DNA of 64,000 bases from Amphiscolops sp. MND2022 (lineage: Eukaryota). The notes under the pieces were generated by a model. That model was not told the DNA's origin. It did no database searches and saw only the letters and a list, made by a program, of their open reading frames with translations. The translations under genes were made by a program, and so were the position numbers. Positions 60,041-64,000 of this stretch are shown here, one piece after another; within the stretch, counting starts at the first letter, position 1; the number at the start of each line of letters is the position of its first letter. The stretch is taken from contig OZ076412.1 of NCBI GenBank assembly GCA_964187785.1, positions 25,606,001 through 25,670,000 of the forward strand, read 5' to 3'.

Positions 60041-61084
60041 TTGGATTCCATAGATAGTCTCAGGAATGTATTATCATTAGATGGGAAGATGGAAATCTAA
60101 TTTGCATGAAATCTCAAAAGTTAGCTTATGCGTTGCGAACCGTATGAAAAACTTCATGATTTTTGTTGTTTATATTTTTTTCTGAACTCAAAATTTCGTG
60201 TTATCTATGGAACATTTTTCTCCCGTTTTCTTAAAACTTGGTAGATCTTCGGCTCTAAAATATTGATTGAAAATGGAGTCACTGTTGGACATCTTTTCAT
60301 CTATTTCTTTATTCCAGAAAGTACAGTAATCCGATAAAAAAAGGGCCATATTAGGCTCCATTTTCTCAAAATCGATTGAAAATTTTGAAAAACATCAAAA
60401 GTAGAAGTTTCTTAGAATTTCATCTAGTTTAGATTAATATTTTAAAATTTCAGAGACAAAAATTGAGAACTTTTAAATAGCTGACTTTGAGCAAAATTGG
60501 GACTTGTTGTTTTTTCAATTTCTTTTACCGTTTCATCCCGTTTTTTGACAAATTTTATGCTCAATTATCCCCCACAGATCTACTGGATCCGTGGATGTGT
60601 TTTAATTTCAAAAATGATCAACCGTTTTCGAAATATCAGGCTCAAAAGGTAAATTTTTCTCATGAATTTCTTTTGATTCACTTGATCAAAATTGAAAGTT
60701 GAAAGTGAGAGCAAATTAACCATTTTAATTGTCTGAGAACGTCATAGGGGACGATTTCTTAATCACAGTACTGTAGGGGGCCAACTTTCCATCTTCTTCA
60801 TTATCAACCATGGTGCAATATCTTCTACAAAGATATAAAAAATGTTGTTACGACGTGTTTATCATGTTCGTTCTTCTTTTGGTGTCACAAAATGTATTAA
60901 TTTGCCACTTTTTACTTTTCTGCCCAAATTATTGGATGCTCTATAGATGTCTATATATATGTATGTGAATGTTATTCAAGTTTTTATGAAATGAACTATT
61001 GTTGCAAACAATTTTTTATCTGCATCTTATTTGCTTTTTGAAGGCTGTTTTAATCAGTGAGAATCATACTATTGAAATTTTTGA

Positions 61085-61613
61085 TATGAAGTGAAACGCG
61101 ACTATTTTAGTCACTCTTTTTTCAATCCACACGAACTGACCAAAATAGTTCTACAAAAGTTCTACGAAATATTATGGTGTCAAATTGAAGCATATGTCCT
61201 AGCGAACTGAACCAAAAAGGTTTCTCCTGTTTTTCCGCGTAACATACAGTACCGGGCGAGACTAAAGGGTCCCCTTTCAGCTTTTTTCGGCATTGTGAGA
61301 CTTTTTCGAAAAAATTTTCTCAAAGGTCCCCCTTCAATTTTTTTATGCTTGCCGACAAAATGGATGTTTAAAAAACCCAAAGGTCCCCTCTTTCAATTTT
61401 TTCGGCATTGTGGGGCTTTTCTTTGAAAAAAATTCCCCTTCAATTTTTGATGTTTTGCAACAATGGATGTTAAAAAATCCGAAAGGGTCCGTGACAATTC
61501 GGTTCAACTTTTGGGTTTTTCGGAAACTGTAAAAGAGTACTTGACACTTTGAACTCCTTTCGCTATTTTTGAGCCTTTGATATGGCGCCCACTTATGCCG
61601 TTCCCGGCTTGTT
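61085..61613 (+). mobile_element. HINE-like repeat
   Basis: TGAAGTGAAACGCGACT start; GCCGTTCCCGGCTTGTT end. Confidence 0.65.
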
Positions 61614-61689
61614 CATCGAAACTCCCAGATAAACAGATTCGAAAGATATGTTCGCGCCACCAGAAATCAATGAAACTTTTTTAGAGCTT

Positions 61690-62170
61690 TTTCTCTTCTA
61701 CAGCACCCGAAAACCCAAAAGTTGGACCGAATTGGCGCGCCAGGGGACGCTTTCAGATTTTTCATCCATTCTGTCGCATGAAAAAAAGGGGACACCCTTT
61801 GGTGAAAGTTTTTTGAAACAAAAAGTCCCACAATGCCAAAAAAACTGAAAGGGGGGACCCTTTGGGATTTTTCAACAAGCATTCTGTCACAAAACTTTAA
61901 AAAAATGAATGGGGACCCTTTGGAGAAAATTTCTTTCGCAAAAAATCTCAATGCCGAAAAAAACTGTAAAACTTTGGTCTCGCCCGGTACTGTATGTTAC
62001 GCGGAGAAAAGAAAAACCTTTTTGGTTCAGTTCCCTGTGCCAACAGGTACAATTTAAAATTTTGTGGAACTTTTGGAAGAAATATTTTGGTCTTTTCAGG
62101 TGTATCGAAAAACACTCACGAAAAGCGATGACTATAGTCGACTTTTCTCAAGAAAAGTGCCGACTAAAAA
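61690..62170 (-). mobile_element. HINE-like repeat (hairpin end lost)
   Basis: Same body as 41946-42369; ends GCCGACTAAAAA. Confidence 0.6.
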
Positions 62171-62464
62171 CGATTATTAGGAGGATCCATGTGTTTAGTG
62201 TGAGTTTTTGACTCAGTTTGTTTCGGCTTCTCATACATGTGTCTGTGTTCCTTTCTAGGCATACAACTTGTTGATATAGTTCATGAAATCATCCCCTTCG
62301 TCTATTGAAAAGAACAAAAAATAATAATGGAAACCTCGTACTTTTTTTCCTATTTGAGGGTTTCATTCAAGTCGGCCTTGGCCCTTGGAAGTTTCTTCTG
62401 CTGGTGCTTTACTTGTAAGTTTTCATAACCATGTGTGTTTGTTTACATTCAGGAGATTATCATC

Positions 62465-62840
62465 AGTCAGCGCTTCATGAAGTAAAACGCAACTATATAA
62501 TAGTGTGTTTCAATCCACACGAACTGACCAAAATAGATCTACAAGTTCTACAAAATTTCAAGACGCCAAATTGTACCATTCGGCCCAGGAACTGAACTGT
62601 AATAGTTGCTCCGTTTTTATCGTAACATGCAAAACCGGACGAGACTAAAGTGTCCCCCTTTCAATTTTTTCGGGACTGTGAGACTGTTTTATCGCAATTT
62701 TTTGTCTCGAAAGGGTCCCCCTTCGATTTTATTGAAGTCTTCCCTCGTAAGATCCGGAGTAAAGTTAGGTCCAGTTTGGTCCCCCATAGGGTTTTTCGGG
62801 TACAAGAGAATACTTGACACTTTGGATTACTGTGGTAGAG
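62465..62840 (+). mobile_element. HINE-like repeat (degenerate)
   Basis: GCGCTTCATGAAGT..GAACTGACCAAAATAG..GAATACTTGACAC. Confidence 0.55.
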
Positions 62841-63744
62841 AGAAGTAATTTCGTCAAATAAGAAATTTGAACTTCTCGTCCAACAAATTCTTCGGCGAGC
62901 AATTTTTTTCTGCACAAATATTTGGACTTTAGGACTGACTGCAAATCTAATTCGAATTTAGTCCCTTGACGAGTTTTTTGTTTTACTGCTGAATCGTTTC
63001 GTGTTTCGGATCCCTGAGCATTTGAAGAGAATCGTTTTGCTCTCAAAATCTCTTGGCGTGTCATTCATTGACCGTTCAAGTAGATCACAAGTCTAGTGAT
63101 TATTATATCTGATACAATTTTCGCTACATAATCGTGTTGAGTAATTGAGCTTTTACGCTTATTTGAGCATATGACAACATTTTGGCCAACGTCTATTATT
63201 GTACAAATTTGAAGTTACAGCAGAGTTCATCGGCTGATTGATTCTCTACTGCTTCGTTTCTTTTTTTGTAGTTTTGGTGAGGTGAGTTGGAAAACGTTCA
63301 GTTCAAATTGTTTTGAAATTGGCTCGTCCGTGTCGTGTCCCAGATATTGCTACTCGCCTATTTGTCACATTGTGAAGGATAGCGGTGTTACTACATGTAG
63401 TTGTACTATCAGTTCATCTTCGGGGATCTTCTTTACTCAAAAATAAATTGGCGTAATATCTTCTCCCTATTGTTTCATTTATCAACGACGTTTTTCAATT
63501 GAACATCTGGAAAGTTTGAACAAGTTTAAAGCTTTTCAATAAAAGGTTTGTTGTTTCAGTGTATAACATAATTTTTATACTGCATTGTCTCGCTAACGTC
63601 TTCTTGAGAATTGTAAAAAGCAATATGGCAAAAGGGGACTAAGTTGGCCTTGGCGGGACTTGGCCTTAGGTGGTTTCAGGATTGTTTCTAAAAAGCGGAC
63701 CGATCAGTGTGAGGATTGTACTCTGAAGAAAAACAAGACTTGAA

Positions 63745-64000
63745 CGTCTAAAGTCGGCGCTATATCTAAGGGTCAAAAACAGCAAAAGGACTTCAAAGTG
63801 TCAAAGTATTCTCTTCTACGGTACCGGAAAAACCCAAAGGTTGAACCGAATTGGCGCACCAGAGGGGACTCTTTGAGATTTTTCATCCATTCTGTCGCAA
63901 ATCATTAAAAAATTGGAGCGGCACTTTTGGTGAAAAAAAAATTTTTAAAAAAAAGTCTCACAATGCCGAAAAAACTGAAAGGGGGAACCCTTTGGGGAAA
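63745..64000 (-). mobile_element. HINE-like repeat running off the window end
   Basis: AGTCGGCGCTATATCTAAGGGTCAAAAACAGCAAAAGGACTTCAAAGTG. Confidence 0.6.

Overview
AT-rich eukaryotic (invertebrate animal) DNA. The repeat families suggest an acoel flatworm, but that is a guess. Bases 1-41.4k are almost entirely nested transposable elements: two degenerate Ty3/Gypsy elements, four LINE copies, a 13.3-kb env-bearing Gypsy element (LTRs, 5-bp TSD, F-like fusion protein, antisense ORF cluster), a Penelope-like element with hammerhead motifs and a PHD finger inside its RT, and eight foldback MITEs. The MITEs mostly have different arm motifs, yet every one carries one of two related GC-rich core modules. 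Bases 41.6-60.0k hold one host gene, a very divergent DCAF7/WDR68-like WD40 gene (6 coding exons, 374 aa, + strand). It has a 14.4-kb first intron, a GC-AG intron and a probable GA-AG intron. Its introns and 3' flank carry Helentron-like (HINE/DINE-1-type) and tRNA-headed repeats plus a 2.4-kb tandem duplication. All calls were made by eye, no searches were run, and TE boundaries are approximate unless a TSD is quoted.
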